A stretch of 64,000 nucleotides of DNA, from positions 22,146-86,145 of IMG/VR virus record IMGVR_UViG_3300045988_145627, one strand, 5' to 3'. Made by a program: the position numbers and the translations under genes. This document shows, piece after piece, positions 48,016-58,543 of this stretch (position 1 is the stretch's first letter; each line of letters opens with the position of its first letter). Under the pieces are notes generated by a model. The model saw nothing but the letters and a program-made list of their open reading frames with translations. It was not told where the DNA came from and ran no database searches. The DNA comes from a virus (taxonomy: Duplodnaviria; Heunggongvirae; Uroviricota; Caudoviricetes).

Positions 48016-50331
48016 ATGATAAGCATCGTAAAACGTAACGGCCAAACAGAGCCGTTATCCGAAGAAAAATACAACCGCGTCGTAATGTATGGCGTAGAAG
48101 GCATTCGTGGTGTAAGCGCATCCGCTGTAGCAATGGGAGCTGCGGCCAGCATTTTTGATGGGATGACCACCAGCCAGTTGCATGAGGCTTTGGTTAAATC
48201 TGCCGCTGATTTGATCTCACCAGAAGCACCAAATTACTCACAGGTGGCTGCCCGCCTGAACATTTTTAAAATCCGCAAAGATGCCTTCGGTCGTTACGAC
48301 TATCCGAACTTCTACCAACACATTGTCAAGAACGTTAACAAGGGCGTTTATGACAAGGATTTGCTGACACATTATTCGTTTGAAGAGATCGAAGAACTCG
48401 GCAATTACATTAAGCCGAAACGTGACGATCTTTTTGGCTATGCAGCTACGGTGCAGTTGCAAAGCAAATACCTCGTTCAAAACCGTGTTACTGGTGAGAT
48501 TCATGAGGGGCCGCAACATATCTATATGCTGGTAGGCATGTGTCTGTTCCAGAATTGGGAAGACGACTGCGCTGGCAAAACACGTATGGAGATGGTCAAA
48601 GGTTTCTATGACGTTACAAGTACGTTCAAACTGTCTCTGCCCACACCAATCATGGCCGGCGTCCGTACTCCAACCCGTCAGTTCTCCAGTTGTGTGCTGA
48701 TTGAGTCTGGCGATAGTCTGAAAGGGATTAGTGCAGCTTCAGCCGCAATTATCGACTACGTTTCACGTCGTGCTGGAATTGGTATTGGTTTTGGCCGTAT
48801 CCGTGCGCTGGGCAGCGAGATCCGCAATGGTGAAGCCACCCATACCGGAGTTATTCCATTCCTGAAGCATTTCCAGACGGCTGTTAAATCTTGTTCGCAA
48901 GGTGGTGTTCGTGGTGGCGCAGCAACAGCGTTTTACCCGATCTGGCATCTTGAAGTTGAAAGTCTGCTGGTGGTGAAAAATAACCGTGGTATTGATGAAA
49001 ACCGCGTTCGCCATCTTGATTACGGCGTCATGAGTAACCGTCTGATGTACCGTCGACTCGTCAGAAGCGAGAACATCACTCTGTTCAGCCCGCATGATGT
49101 GCCTGATATGTACGAAGCCTTCTTCACAGACCAGGATCTGTTTGAAAAGCTGTACCATAAATACGAAGCCGATGATTCAATTCGCAAGAAGTCAGTACCT
49201 GCCATTGAGCTGTTCTCATCTCTGATGCAGGAACGAGCGTCCACAGGCCGAATTTATATTGCGAACGTCGATCATATTAATGAGCATGGCGCTTTCATTC
49301 CTGCTCTTGCACCTGTCCGCCAGTCAAACCTGTGCATGGAGATCACTCTACCCACTCGTCCACTGGCATTTACCGACGACCCGAACGGTGAGATCGCGCT
49401 ATGCACTTTATCCGCTTTTAACCTCGGAGCCATCCGTTCACTGGAGTCTCTTAAAGAGGTGGCGTTCTATGCCGTTGCTGCACTGGATTCGTTACTGGAT
49501 TATCAAGACTATCCGATGGAGGCAGCCGAAGTGCCTGCCAAAGCTCGTCGTAGCTTGGGAATTGGTGTAACCAACTTTGCTTATTACCTGGCAAAGAATG
49601 GCGTTCGTTATTCTGATACCGCTGGCAATAAACTGGTGCATGAAACGTTCGAAGCTATCCAGTATTACCTTCTTGATGCCAGCTGCCGACTTGCTGAAGC
49701 AAAAGGTGAGTGTGACTGGTTTGAGCAGACCAAGTACGCAATTGGTCAGTTGCCGATCGACCATTACCGTTCTTCATTAGACGAAAGTGGCGAAACCAAC
49801 TTTGAGTTAAAGATGCCGTGGGAAGAACTGCGTGAACGTATTGCAAAATACGGCCTTCGCAACTCCACACTGACGGCACAAATGCCATGCGAGACTTCCA
49901 GCCAGATCACTAATTCCACCAACGGCATCGAACCGCCTCGTGGCCCGGTGTCGGTGAAATCTTCTAAGGACGGCATCGTTAAGATGGTCGTGCCTGAGTT
50001 TGAAAAACTGAAGGAACAGTATGAATACCTGTGGGATATGCCGGACAACCGCGGCTATCTGACAAAGGTGGCGATCATCCAGAAGTTCTTTGACCAGGCT
50101 ATTTCAGCCAATACCAACTATGACCCTTCTCGCTTTGAAGGCGATAAAGTCCCAATGATGACGCTACTGTCAGATTTGCTTCTCGCCTACAAGATGGGAG
50201 TTAAAACGCTTTACTACCACAACACCAGAGATGGGGCAGGAAAGCGTGATGACGACGAACCGCAGAATCCACTGACGCAAGCTGTAGCCGTCGAGCCAGA
50301 AGATGAGTGCGACGGAGCCTGCAAAATCTGA
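48016..50331 (+). CDS. nrdA: Ribonucleoside-diphosphate reductase large subunit (class Ia NrdA)
   Basis: 771 aa; N-terminal ATP-cone-like start, catalytic-region motifs (..FSSCVLIESGDSL.., ..NLCMEITLP..), C-terminal Cys pair. Confidence 0.9.
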   Translation: MISIVKRNGQTEPLSEEKYNRVVMYGVEGIRGVSASAVAMGAAASIFDGMTTSQLHEALVKSAADLISPEAPNYSQVAARLNIFKIRKDAFGRYDYPNFYQHIVKNVNKGVYDKDLLTHYSFEEIEELGNYIKPKRDDLFGYAATVQLQSKYLVQNRVTGEIHEGPQHIYMLVGMCLFQNWEDDCAGKTRMEMVKGFYDVTSTFKLSLPTPIMAGVRTPTRQFSSCVLIESGDSLKGISAASAAIIDYVSRRAGIGIGFGRIRALGSEIRNGEATHTGVIPFLKHFQTAVKSCSQGGVRGGAATAFYPIWHLEVESLLVVKNNRGIDENRVRHLDYGVMSNRLMYRRLVRSENITLFSPHDVPDMYEAFFTDQDLFEKLYHKYEADDSIRKKSVPAIELFSSLMQERASTGRIYIANVDHINEHGAFIPALAPVRQSNLCMEITLPTRPLAFTDDPNGEIALCTLSAFNLGAIRSLESLKEVAFYAVAALDSLLDYQDYPMEAAEVPAKARRSLGIGVTNFAYYLAKNGVRYSDTAGNKLVHETFEAIQYYLLDASCRLAEAKGECDWFEQTKYAIGQLPIDHYRSSLDESGETNFELKMPWEELRERIAKYGLRNSTLTAQMPCETSSQITNSTNGIEPPRGPVSVKSSKDGIVKMVVPEFEKLKEQYEYLWDMPDNRGYLTKVAIIQKFFDQAISANTNYDPSRFEGDKVPMMTLLSDLLLAYKMGVKTLYYHNTRDGAGKRDDDEPQNPLTQAVAVEPEDECDGACKI

Positions 50332-50336
50332 CATAT

Positions 50337-50368
50337 GGTGGGGGATATCCCCACCTTCTCTTTGATTT
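50337..50368 (+). terminator. Hairpin (ggtgggggatatccccacc) with T-rich tail after nrdA
   Basis: Palindromic GC-rich hairpin followed by ttctctttgatttg. Confidence 0.55.
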
Positions 50369-50437
50369 GTAAGCCTTGTTTAAACACATAAGATAACAAC
50401 TTGTTTAAACGCACCAAAAAAGAAAAAGGAAAAACAC

Positions 50438-51580
50438 ATGTCATATTCAACGTTCCGTTTGGGTGCTAATGATGCAACCAAAGAGCCTATGTTCCTCGGA
50501 CAATCTGTCAACGTGGCACGTTACGATCAGCAAAAATACCGTGATTTTGAAAAGTTGATTGAACGTCAATTGTCTTTCTTCTGGCGGCCGGAAGAAGTTG
50601 ATATTTCGAGCGATCGTATCGACTTCAACACGAAGCTGCGGGACCACGAACGTCACATTTTTCTGAGCAATCTCCGTTATCAAACGTTACTCGATTCAGT
50701 TCAGGGACGTAGCCCAAATGCAACGCTGCTGCCGCTTATCTCTATTCCTGAACTGGAAACGTGGGTTGAAACATGGTCTTTCTCTGAGACTATCCATAGC
50801 CGCAGCTACACCCACATTATTCGTGGCATGGTGGACGATCCGAGTATTGTTTTTGACGGTATTGTTACGGATGAAGAAATCATCAACCGAGCGATCAGTA
50901 TCTCTGCTGAATATGACAGGCTTTATAGGATGACCTGCGAGCGCCAGTCGTTAGGTGAGAAAGAGTTTGAACGTCTGTACGTAAATGAATATGGCTGGGA
51001 GCCATACCCTTTGCACCGTCAGCTTTTCCGCACGTTGGTGTCCATTAATGCGCTTGAGGCGATCCGTTTCTATGTAAGTTTTGCATGTACGTTTGCCTTT
51101 GGCGAACGGAAGTTGCTTGAGGGTAACACCAAAATTATGCGCTTTATTGCCCGTGATGAAGCTCTGCATTGCGAAGGAACTGAACGCATGATCCGCTTCA
51201 TGCGTACCGGTCGCGAAGGTTTATTGTGGAAAGAGATTGCTGCTGATGAAGAAAACGTCATTTACGACACCATGAAATCAGTCGCCGAACAAGAAATGAA
51301 CTGGGCAGACTATCTCTTCAAAGACGGTTCGATGATTGGTTTAAACGCGGATATTCTGAAGACCTATGTAAAATACCGCACCAATCTGGCTATGAATCGT
51401 CTTGGCCTGAAGGCTTTATTTCCAGAAGTTACCACAGATCCGCTGGTCTGGATGAACAAGTGGTTGTTAACCGACACACTGCAAATTGCACCACAAGAGG
51501 CAGAGCAAAGCACATATCTGGTAGGTCAGATCGATTCTACCGTGGACAAGGCTTCTCTAAGCCAGTTTGCAGACCTGTAA
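50438..51580 (+). CDS. nrdB: Ribonucleoside-diphosphate reductase small subunit (NrdB)
   Basis: 380 aa; iron-ligand and radical-site region (..[12 protein letters not shown].., ..[24 protein letters not shown]..). Confidence 0.85.
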   Translation: MSYSTFRLGANDATKEPMFLGQSVNVARYDQQKYRDFEKLIERQLSFFWRPEEVDISSDRIDFNTKLRDHERHIFLSNLRYQTLLDSVQGRSPNATLLPLISIPELETWVETWSFSETIHSRSYTHIIRGMVDDPSIVFDGIVTDEEIINRAISISAEYDRLYRMTCERQSLGEKEFERLYVNEYGWEPYPLHRQLFRTLVSINALEAIRFYVSFACTFAFGERKLLEGNTKIMRFIARDEALHCEGTERMIRFMRTGREGLLWKEIAADEENVIYDTMKSVAEQEMNWADYLFKDGSMIGLNADILKTYVKYRTNLAMNRLGLKALFPEVTTDPLVWMNKWLLTDTLQIAPQEAEQSTYLVGQIDSTVDKASLSQFADL

Positions 51581-51657
51581 ACCGATACAAAGCATTATGT
51601 GGCCTGGCAACGCTGGGCCACAATGGATCACAAGAATTAAGAAGGAACAAAACTAGC

Positions 51658-52527
51658 ATGAACTTTACCAAACTGACTGACCACCTGAAACTTGCCACCG
51701 ATCGACTCATTGGATTTAAGCCAGAACCATATGAGTTGCATGAAGGTCATGGTGTAGCTACTGAAAGTATTTACAAGATGGTCGATCAGTTTCATGAACT
51801 CTTCCAGCATCCGAGACGCGTTATGCCGACACCAGAGCTGCTTCGTCTCCGTGCAAGCCTGATTCATGAAGAAGCTGTAGTGGAAGGTATTCCAGCCGCA
51901 ATGAATGGGGATATTGAGCAACTGCTGGATGCAATGGCCGACTTTTTATACGTTGGTGTTGGTACGATGGTCGCCATCAAAGGTGGTATTTCTACCGGCA
52001 TGACCTATTACACGCAGGAACAGAGCATTGATCGCTTTATGCAGACAATTTTTGTGCCCGGTAACACTGTTTTCGATGATATGGCAATGCCATTTCAGGA
52101 AGCTCGTGAGGCGTCATGTATGCTCGAAGAGCTGGCAGATAAACTTGAGAACAAGACTGTTAAGGATTCTGAACTGATTCAGGAACTGCGCCGTGTCATG
52201 AACAAAATCTATGTGGCGTGCATGATGACCTATCGACTGGCTGATTTCCTCGGTATCAATGTAGTCGAGCTGGTTGGCGAAATTCATCGGTCTAACATGA
52301 CAAAATTATGGCCTGCTGATGTAGAGGAACGTCGCCAGGCTGTGGCCAACTGCAAATACGACTCTTCAGACCTAGGATTTCGCCATGCTGATGGTACCGA
52401 TAAGATGATCGGTTTTCGAATTTCCGATGGAAAGATTCTGAAGTCTCCAACCTATAGTGATGTCGATTTATCCTCCTTTGTTGAGCAAGCTAAAGCCTCA
52501 GCAATGTACGGAATGATCAAAAAATAA
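51658..52527 (+). CDS. Hypothetical protein, possible MazG-like nucleotide pyrophosphohydrolase
   Basis: Start placed at the ATG with AGGAACAAAACTAGCATG context (ORF-track frame starts at 51460 inside nrdB); two acidic helical segments (IHEEAVVEG..DIEQLLDAMADFLY; EAREASCMLEELADKLE); product call is weak. Confidence 0.35.
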   Translation: MNFTKLTDHLKLATDRLIGFKPEPYELHEGHGVATESIYKMVDQFHELFQHPRRVMPTPELLRLRASLIHEEAVVEGIPAAMNGDIEQLLDAMADFLYVGVGTMVAIKGGISTGMTYYTQEQSIDRFMQTIFVPGNTVFDDMAMPFQEAREASCMLEELADKLENKTVKDSELIQELRRVMNKIYVACMMTYRLADFLGINVVELVGEIHRSNMTKLWPADVEERRQAVANCKYDSSDLGFRHADGTDKMIGFRISDGKILKSPTYSDVDLSSFVEQAKASAMYGMIKK

Positions 52528-52595
52528 TTGTAGGTAGTTATCTATCTGTGTATATTTAACATGCGTAATAAAACTCTGGAATGACTATTCGTTTT

Positions 52596-52620
52596 GGTGG
52601 CCTATGGCCACCATTTTTTT
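52596..52620 (+). terminator. Rho-independent terminator (ggtggcctatggccacc + T8)
   Basis: Hairpin followed by ATTTTTTTT. Confidence 0.75.
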
Positions 52621-52697
52621 ATCTGTCTGGTCTTGTTCTCTCAATGAATGTAAACTCACACGATGAATAAGTAATTACTTATCTTTGTGAGGTTTTT

Positions 52698-53801
52698 GTG
52701 TCACTCCTTTTGAATCGAGAGCATACGAACGGTCAGGTAACAAACGCATCGTATGCAAAAGTTATTGAGACGGTGCTTAAAAGCGGCGTGCAGGCTGATG
52801 ATCGCACAGGCACTGGTACTTTAAGCACCTGCTACGTTCCCTCTTACTACATGCTTACTGGTGGGACTGTGCCGCTTATTTCTGGAAAGGCGGTAAATCT
52901 TAAGCCACTACTTGTCGAACTTGAGTGGTATCTGAAAGGCACGGGCAACATCCAATTTCTCAAGGATAACGGCGTTAAGATTTGGGATGCATGGGCCGAT
53001 GAGAATGGCGATTTGGGGCCGGTTTACGGTAAGCAGTGGCGTCGATGGGAAGATACCCGCATCGTGAGCCATAGTGAATATCTGAGCAAGATCGCTACTT
53101 TCCGTGAACGCGGGTACAAAGTCGAGGGATACCTGGGTATCAGTGAAGATCGCGTAGTGCTGTCCCGTGAAATCGATCAGCTACAGCGTATTGTCGATAC
53201 ACTGCGCACGAACCCTACCGATCGTCGCATCATGCTTAACGCATGGAACGTAGGCGAGCTTGAGGATATGAAACTGCCACCTTGCCACTTTGTCTTCTCT
53301 TTGTGGAGTCGTGAGCTGGATTTTGAAACCCGTTTAACGATGGCAACTGACATTGGTCTTCAACACAGTCGCCTCGGTTACGAGTCTATCTACACCAAGA
53401 TGCTATACGATCTGGATATGGACGGCAGTGTTACTGAAGCTGAACTGGATGAACTTGGAATCCCCAAACGCATCCTCAACTCCTGCCTCGTACAGCGTAG
53501 CGTAGACACTTTTGTTGGTATGCCATTCAATATTGCTGGCTATGGCATTCTCACTCATTTTCTCGCGAAGATTACGGGTCACATGGCCGGTGCATTTGTG
53601 CATTTTGGCTTTGACGTGCATTTGTACAACAACCACATGGAAGGTGTGTGTGAGCTAATGAAACGACAGGCTCCAGAGCATTCAGATCCGGTCGTTATTT
53701 TCCCTCATGAATGGTCAGAGTTGGATGATTTCAAATGGGACGAGGTTTTAATTCTTGGCTATGACCCTCTACCGTGGATCAAGGTTCCAGTGGCGGTGTG
53801 A
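52698..53801 (+). CDS. thyA: Thymidylate synthase (ThyA) with insertions
   Basis: DRTGTGTLS, IWDAWADENGDLGPVYGKQWR, RRIMLNAWNVGELEDMKLPPCHFVF (active-site Cys context) and C-terminal GYDPLPWIKVPVAV match E. coli ThyA as I recall it; 367 aa versus ~264 for E. coli. Confidence 0.8.
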   Translation: MSLLLNREHTNGQVTNASYAKVIETVLKSGVQADDRTGTGTLSTCYVPSYYMLTGGTVPLISGKAVNLKPLLVELEWYLKGTGNIQFLKDNGVKIWDAWADENGDLGPVYGKQWRRWEDTRIVSHSEYLSKIATFRERGYKVEGYLGISEDRVVLSREIDQLQRIVDTLRTNPTDRRIMLNAWNVGELEDMKLPPCHFVFSLWSRELDFETRLTMATDIGLQHSRLGYESIYTKMLYDLDMDGSVTEAELDELGIPKRILNSCLVQRSVDTFVGMPFNIAGYGILTHFLAKITGHMAGAFVHFGFDVHLYNNHMEGVCELMKRQAPEHSDPVVIFPHEWSELDDFKWDEVLILGYDPLPWIKVPVAV

Positions 53802-53802
53802 T

Positions 53803-54216
53803 ATGGCAAGAGGTATGTATGTCTTATGCGAAATTGAAGGTGTGCTGGCAAATGCCAGCCATCGTAAATCAGTATCTGACGCGGATGCAGGCCAGCTCAT
53901 TGCCGGTGATGAACTCATTTTCCCCACCAGCCGTATGTTGCGTGGTTTTGCTCGCTCAGGGGCTGAAGTGGTGCTTATCAGTAGCCGCTCTGAAACTCTT
54001 GAAGCGCCAACTAAACGATGGCTGAAAGATTTTGGCGTTGATTATGACTGGCTTCATCTTGTACCGAATGGCACCAGTTATGAGAAGCATATTAAGCGCA
54101 CATTAGCGGAGCATAAAGGCGATCTGCTTATCGCTGCGCTGGTGCACGATCCTCGACTCCGTGCCGCTTTAGCCGACTCTCACCATCGACCGGTCATCTA
54201 TGAGGTGAGCAAATGA
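53803..54216 (+). CDS. Hypothetical protein (~137 aa)
   Basis: Start placed at the ATG overlapping the thyA stop (ORF-track frame starts at 53755); no clear motif. Confidence 0.35.
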   Translation: MARGMYVLCEIEGVLANASHRKSVSDADAGQLIAGDELIFPTSRMLRGFARSGAEVVLISSRSETLEAPTKRWLKDFGVDYDWLHLVPNGTSYEKHIKRTLAEHKGDLLIAALVHDPRLRAALADSHHRPVIYEVSK

Positions 54217-54689
54217 AGATGATCGCTGCTGTTGGCCGTAACTATGAGATCGGCATAGCGAATGAACTCCCCTGGCGTTGTTCTACCGATCTGAAGCTAT
54301 TTAAGAGACTCACCAAAAACGCCACTGTCGTTATGGGGCGTAAAACGATGGAAAGTCTCAAACGCCCTCTTCCAGAGCGTCATAACCTCGTTTTGACGCG
54401 CTCTCATGGCTTTGTACCAAATGGATTCTACCCTGCTGGTGTGGATGATGTGTTGCGATTACCAGAGCCTGTGTGGGTGATTGGCGGGGAACAAATTTAC
54501 TCGCTATTCATGCCGCATGTTGAAGAGATTTGGCTCTCCCACATCGGCGTTGATGTGCCAAACGCCGATGCATTCTTCCCGGCAAGCATGATGCGTAATT
54601 TAGGCTTTGTGCCTGTTGAAACAGTTTTTACCCAACGAGCCAGCGAGGAAGAGCCTGGCTTTTCGCAGATCGTATACAGAAGGTCGTAA
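54213..54689 (+). CDS. folA: Dihydrofolate reductase
   Basis: MIAAVGRNYEIGIANELPW, VVMGRKTMESL, VIGGEQIY motifs. Confidence 0.8.
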   Translation: MKMIAAVGRNYEIGIANELPWRCSTDLKLFKRLTKNATVVMGRKTMESLKRPLPERHNLVLTRSHGFVPNGFYPAGVDDVLRLPEPVWVIGGEQIYSLFMPHVEEIWLSHIGVDVPNADAFFPASMMRNLGFVPVETVFTQRASEEEPGFSQIVYRRS

Positions 54690-55333
54690 TGGATTACCGG
54701 ATTGGGATCACTGGTGCTCAGGGCAGTGGGAAAACAACCCTGGCAAAATATATCGACAAACATTACGGAATCCCTTACGTGGATGCTGGTGTCGGAAGTT
54801 TGATGAGCCGACTCGGTGTTCGAGTAGGTGAGTCTATGCCTCTATATGAGCGGCTTCAGATTCAAATGGAAATAGCAAAGCATATAGAGCTACTTACGCG
54901 TGGTGTTGAAGGCTTTGTTATCGATCGCACACCTGCTGATGTTATGGCCTACACGTTGGATTTGGTCGGCCATACCAATGAAGATCGATGTATTGAGTTA
55001 GCCCTCGATATCGAAAAGTTTTGCCACAAAACTGCTATTTCAAACTTTAACGCCATTGCTGGCCTACGCCCGGGAGTCGCTCTCTCAGAGCGAGATTACT
55101 TGCGATCACAACGAGCATCATTAGACCGTCTGTATGTCGCTCGTATTGATGCGTTGATGTGCGGGGAACTGACAAAAATTCACCTGCATCCGCAAAGGGG
55201 GGATCTGCAAACCTTCGTCGTTTCCAACCGATATCGCACGGTTGAAGCAAGAGCCAGATCAGTGATGAGAATGCTAGATAACGCTGTAGAAAAGATAGAA
55301 AACCGGTTCTGTGGCCGAGTGACCGTTCATTAG
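54689..55333 (+). CDS. P-loop nucleotide kinase (probable deoxynucleotide / nucleoside kinase)
   Basis: Walker A GITGAQGSGKTT at the N-terminus; context next to thyA/folA. Confidence 0.5.
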   Translation: MDYRIGITGAQGSGKTTLAKYIDKHYGIPYVDAGVGSLMSRLGVRVGESMPLYERLQIQMEIAKHIELLTRGVEGFVIDRTPADVMAYTLDLVGHTNEDRCIELALDIEKFCHKTAISNFNAIAGLRPGVALSERDYLRSQRASLDRLYVARIDALMCGELTKIHLHPQRGDLQTFVVSNRYRTVEARARSVMRMLDNAVEKIENRFCGRVTVH

Positions 55334-55394
55334 AAATTGTTCGCCTCTTCGACATTGCGACAATAAAACTCTCAAAATGGGTTAAGGATAAAAA

Positions 55395-55814
55395 ATGTTT
55401 AGTGAAATGTTGCTTGAAGATGAACTGGATCGGAAAACAACAGAGGCTTTGATTCGTGTAGCGGACGAACATTCCCGGTCTCTTATGAGCGATCGAGAGG
55501 CTCGTCTGGCTATTCGTGCCATATTCGAAACTGCGCAGGGGCTTGTTGGCGCACAAGTAGGTGAAGCCATTAACATCGCCATGTCTCAGTTCAGTGAAGG
55601 CAGTAAAAAGCCTCTGTTTCCTATGCATTTGATGCTGGCTGGTGGCACGGTGCTTTATATCTCTGTTTGTCTGGATAGCAACCAAATCAATATTCTCAAC
55701 ACTGCGTCAGGTAAGTGGAAAGATCCGATTGTCTGTGAAACCAGTGAAGAAACTTTGAAAAAAGCGGCTCAATTTGTACGTAGCGCACTACTTAAGGGCG
55801 CTAAGAAGTTGTAA
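55395..55814 (+). CDS. Hypothetical protein (139 aa)
   Basis: ORF; no motif. Confidence 0.4.
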   Translation: MFSEMLLEDELDRKTTEALIRVADEHSRSLMSDREARLAIRAIFETAQGLVGAQVGEAINIAMSQFSEGSKKPLFPMHLMLAGGTVLYISVCLDSNQINILNTASGKWKDPIVCETSEETLKKAAQFVRSALLKGAKKL

Positions 55815-55823
55815 GGAGTTCTG

Positions 55824-56381
55824 ATGACAACGATTGTTGCAGGCATCGATATCGAGTCTACGGGACTGGATTTCCTTGCTGGTCATAAAATTATTGAAAT
55901 CGCAATTACCCGCTATGAACTGGAGACACAGAGACATAGTGATAGTCTGGAGATGCGTTTTAACCCTCGCAGAAACATAGATCCGAAAGCTCAAGCCGTT
56001 CATGGCATTTCATTAGAACAGCTCGCAGCTGAACCTTTGTTGTCAAATCATGCCAGCGAAATTGGCGCTTATATGGAGGCATGTAGTGCGTGGGTTGCTC
56101 ATAACGGCGAAGCGTTTGATATACCATTTATTAGACACGAGTTTTCAGGGTATGGAGTAAGACTGCCAGACGTTCCCGTTATAGATACTATGTTATCGGG
56201 ATTGTGGGCCACAGAAGACGGTAAACGTCCTCGTCTTGAAGAATTGGCCTTCTCTCTTGGCTTTATATACGATCATGCCAAAGCACATAGTGCCTTATAT
56301 GACACAAACTTAATGATGCAATGCTTCTTTAAGGCACGTAATAAATACGGATTTTTTAAATTACCCTCTGAAATTGTGTAA
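55824..56381 (+). CDS. dnaQ: DnaQ-like 3'-5' exonuclease (DEDDh family)
   Basis: Exo I GIDIESTG, Exo II HNGEAFDIPFI, Exo III HSALYD motifs. Confidence 0.75.
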   Translation: MTTIVAGIDIESTGLDFLAGHKIIEIAITRYELETQRHSDSLEMRFNPRRNIDPKAQAVHGISLEQLAAEPLLSNHASEIGAYMEACSAWVAHNGEAFDIPFIRHEFSGYGVRLPDVPVIDTMLSGLWATEDGKRPRLEELAFSLGFIYDHAKAHSALYDTNLMMQCFFKARNKYGFFKLPSEIV

Positions 56382-56385
56382 AACA

Positions 56386-56427
56386 AAAGCCTGCTTTAAA
56401 GAGAGTTTGAAGCAGGCTTTCTTTTAA
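56386..56427 (+). terminator. Rho-independent terminator (aaagcctgctt..aagcaggcttt + T-rich)
   Basis: 11-bp inverted repeat followed by cttttaaag. Confidence 0.6.
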
Positions 56428-56541
56428 AGAACAGTCGCCTTTCAATCATTTCCTGCCTGTATTTAATACTTTTCCGCCTGATAGGTTTAGTCAAAATGTA
56501 GCCATCGAAACGCAAATGCAACTAAACAGAAGGAGACTTAC

Positions 56542-57351
56542 ATGAGTTCGGTTGAAAATGTAATGACAAATGATGATCTGGATGAGCTGACAGCCATGTT
56601 GCAATCACTTGATGAACCAGTAAAAAAAGCTGCACAGGTTGAAAATACTGATGATATTGACGATCTGCTTCTCGGCCTCGATGCTGGCGTAGCCATGAGT
56701 TCTGATGATGTTGCCGAAGAACTGTTCAATGAAGAAAAAGCAGGTGATTTCAGCTCCGCTTTAAATGAGTTGGAGTTAGCTCATGAGCCTATAAACGTAA
56801 TTAATGCTGAAAGTGTTGAAGCTGCCGTAAACGAGCCAGAACAATTGGGATTTATTGAGGTTGAAGGGTGTGTTGAGGTTAATGAAGAATTAAAAGTTCA
56901 ACAGTCAAATGATAGCAATACAAATAAAAAAGCTCGTACTGCAAGAGGTCCTCGCTTCACTTTAAGTGATAAAGATGATTCGTTTTTCAATAAAGCGGGC
57001 TTAGAAAAAGATATTTTCTTAGACGCTTACGATAACGCGCCTGTCAAAGCAAAGGATAAGATATTAAACCTTCTTAATTGGTTTAGCGGAGGTCCAGATA
57101 TTAGTGTTTACACGGTAATTTCCATGAGACACCTTCTCACAGAAAAGAAGGCTACAAGTAATAGTATTAAGATTGCTTTAATGAGCAATCCAGAAAAACC
57201 GTATCCGCTTAACACTGCGTCAACTCAGGCTGGGCAAATGATGGCTGTATTTCCAGCTACAGGAATTGCCGTTAGAGACGGTGGAAATCTAACATTGAAC
57301 GAAGAATCACCGATCGTTAAGAAGTTTGTCGCGGAGTACACTATTGGATGA
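56542..57351 (+). CDS. Hypothetical protein with strongly acidic N-terminal half (269 aa)
   Basis: First ~120 aa rich in Asp/Glu (DDLDELTAMLQSLDEP..DDIDDLLLGLD..); followed by two hairpins. Confidence 0.45.
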   Translation: MSSVENVMTNDDLDELTAMLQSLDEPVKKAAQVENTDDIDDLLLGLDAGVAMSSDDVAEELFNEEKAGDFSSALNELELAHEPINVINAESVEAAVNEPEQLGFIEVEGCVEVNEELKVQQSNDSNTNKKARTARGPRFTLSDKDDSFFNKAGLEKDIFLDAYDNAPVKAKDKILNLLNWFSGGPDISVYTVISMRHLLTEKKATSNSIKIALMSNPEKPYPLNTASTQAGQMMAVFPATGIAVRDGGNLTLNEESPIVKKFVAEYTIG

Positions 57352-57428
57352 CGTTCCCCTACTGAAAATAAAGCCCATAGAGAGCTTTATAGTGCTGGGT
57401 AAGCTAACCCATACCCAGCACCACAAAA

Positions 57429-57475
57429 ACGCGCCAGAGAGCTTCTTGTTCGCATTTCTGGCGCGTTTTATTTGA
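57429..57475 (+). terminator. Rho-independent terminator (acgcgccaga..tctggcgcgt + TTTTATTT), preceded by a second hairpin at ~57392-57421
   Basis: 10-bp inverted repeat plus T-run. Confidence 0.7.
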
Positions 57476-57533
57476 TTGCTATACATAAAACCAAATGCAA
57501 AAATAGGTAATCACTTACCTATCGAGAAAGAAG

Positions 57534-58127
57534 ATGATTGCAGCCGAAAAAATCAAACAGCGAAAGCGCGACAACTCTCTTCGTGACCTCTGGAGAACAC
57601 CTGATTGGCTGTTTTCTGCCATTCAACGTTATCTTGGAGTGACATTTGATGTTGACGTTGCCTGCAACAAGGACAATGCAAAGCTGCCTAATTTCATAGG
57701 CGTTGAGCGCGATGCTTTGAAATCTGAATGGGGGCAGCCAGGTACAATTGCCTTCCTCAATCCACCCTACTCCAAAATCTCCCCCTGGATTGATGCGGCT
57801 ATACGTGAGCAGGCTCGCGGAGTTACAACAGTGATGCTAATTCCTCAATCCCTCGATACAAAGTGGTATGAGCGTGCAACAGAGTGTGCGAATGAGACGA
57901 TTATTCTGTCTGGTGGCCGCGTAGCGTTTGTCGAGCCTGACGTCAATTTGGGTCAGGTAGAAGTAAACATCAACCCCGGTGGCAGTATGCTCGTTGTTTT
58001 TCGAGGATTCTGTCAGGACGCTGGGCACTCTATAAGCAAGATCCCTTTGGACGTCATGAAAAGTCTGGGAGGGTATGATCCTGCGAATGTGATCAGGAAA
58101 AAAAGACCATCAAAGAAGGCTGCTTAG
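57534..58127 (+). CDS. dam: Orphan DNA N6-adenine methyltransferase (phage Dam-type)
   Basis: N-terminal WRTPDWLF and catalytic NPPYS motif in a ~200-aa protein; no adjacent restriction gene. Confidence 0.65.
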   Translation: MIAAEKIKQRKRDNSLRDLWRTPDWLFSAIQRYLGVTFDVDVACNKDNAKLPNFIGVERDALKSEWGQPGTIAFLNPPYSKISPWIDAAIREQARGVTTVMLIPQSLDTKWYERATECANETIILSGGRVAFVEPDVNLGQVEVNINPGGSMLVVFRGFCQDAGHSISKIPLDVMKSLGGYDPANVIRKKRPSKKAA

Positions 58128-58312
58128 TTTGTTCTGGCGTCTGTAATTAGCCTGCTTCTGTATATATAAATAACTACATATTAATTATTAATATACGGAA
58201 GCAGGCTGTTTTGTATCAGAGACTCCAGACCTGAACATCACTACAGAATCCACTAGAACCCCTTCCCAGACGCTTTAAAATCGATTTTATGAACCACTTT
58301 AAGGAAACCAAC

Positions 58313-58543
58313 ATGTCATACCCGACTAATGTCGTTGCGCTCGTAGAGAGCGATTTTCTGGCCCAGGCTCGTGAAATGATGAAAGATCGTGAGCAGGCTT
58401 TCAACTTGTACGAGTGGGCAATTAAGTGCTTGCATCTTGGCGAGCATCGCGAACTTGTTGAACAGCTTTTAGGTGAGTTGATCAATGAGGTGTTTGCCTT
58501 GAATGTTCAACTACATGGTCGAGAAAATAATCAATCACAATGA
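58313..58543 (+). CDS. Hypothetical small protein (~76 aa)
   Basis: ATG with AAGGA SD (ORF-track frame starts at 58289). Confidence 0.35.
   Translation: MSYPTNVVALVESDFLAQAREMMKDREQAFNLYEWAIKCLHLGEHRELVEQLLGELINEVFALNVQLHGRENNQSQ

Noticed and set aside
51460-51657. N-terminal extension of ORF 51460-52527 overlapping the 3' end of nrdB
   Set aside because: The extension translates to an Arg/Cys-rich sequence inside nrdB; the internal ATG at 51658 has a proper SD.
52698-53801. Possibility that the 367-aa ThyA-like gene is a dCMP/dUMP hydroxymethylase rather than thymidylate synthase
   Set aside because: Sequence matches canonical ThyA blocks, including the PCH active-site context, closely from memory; the extra length looks like insertions. 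Retained as ThyA, but substrate specificity cannot be proven from sequence alone.
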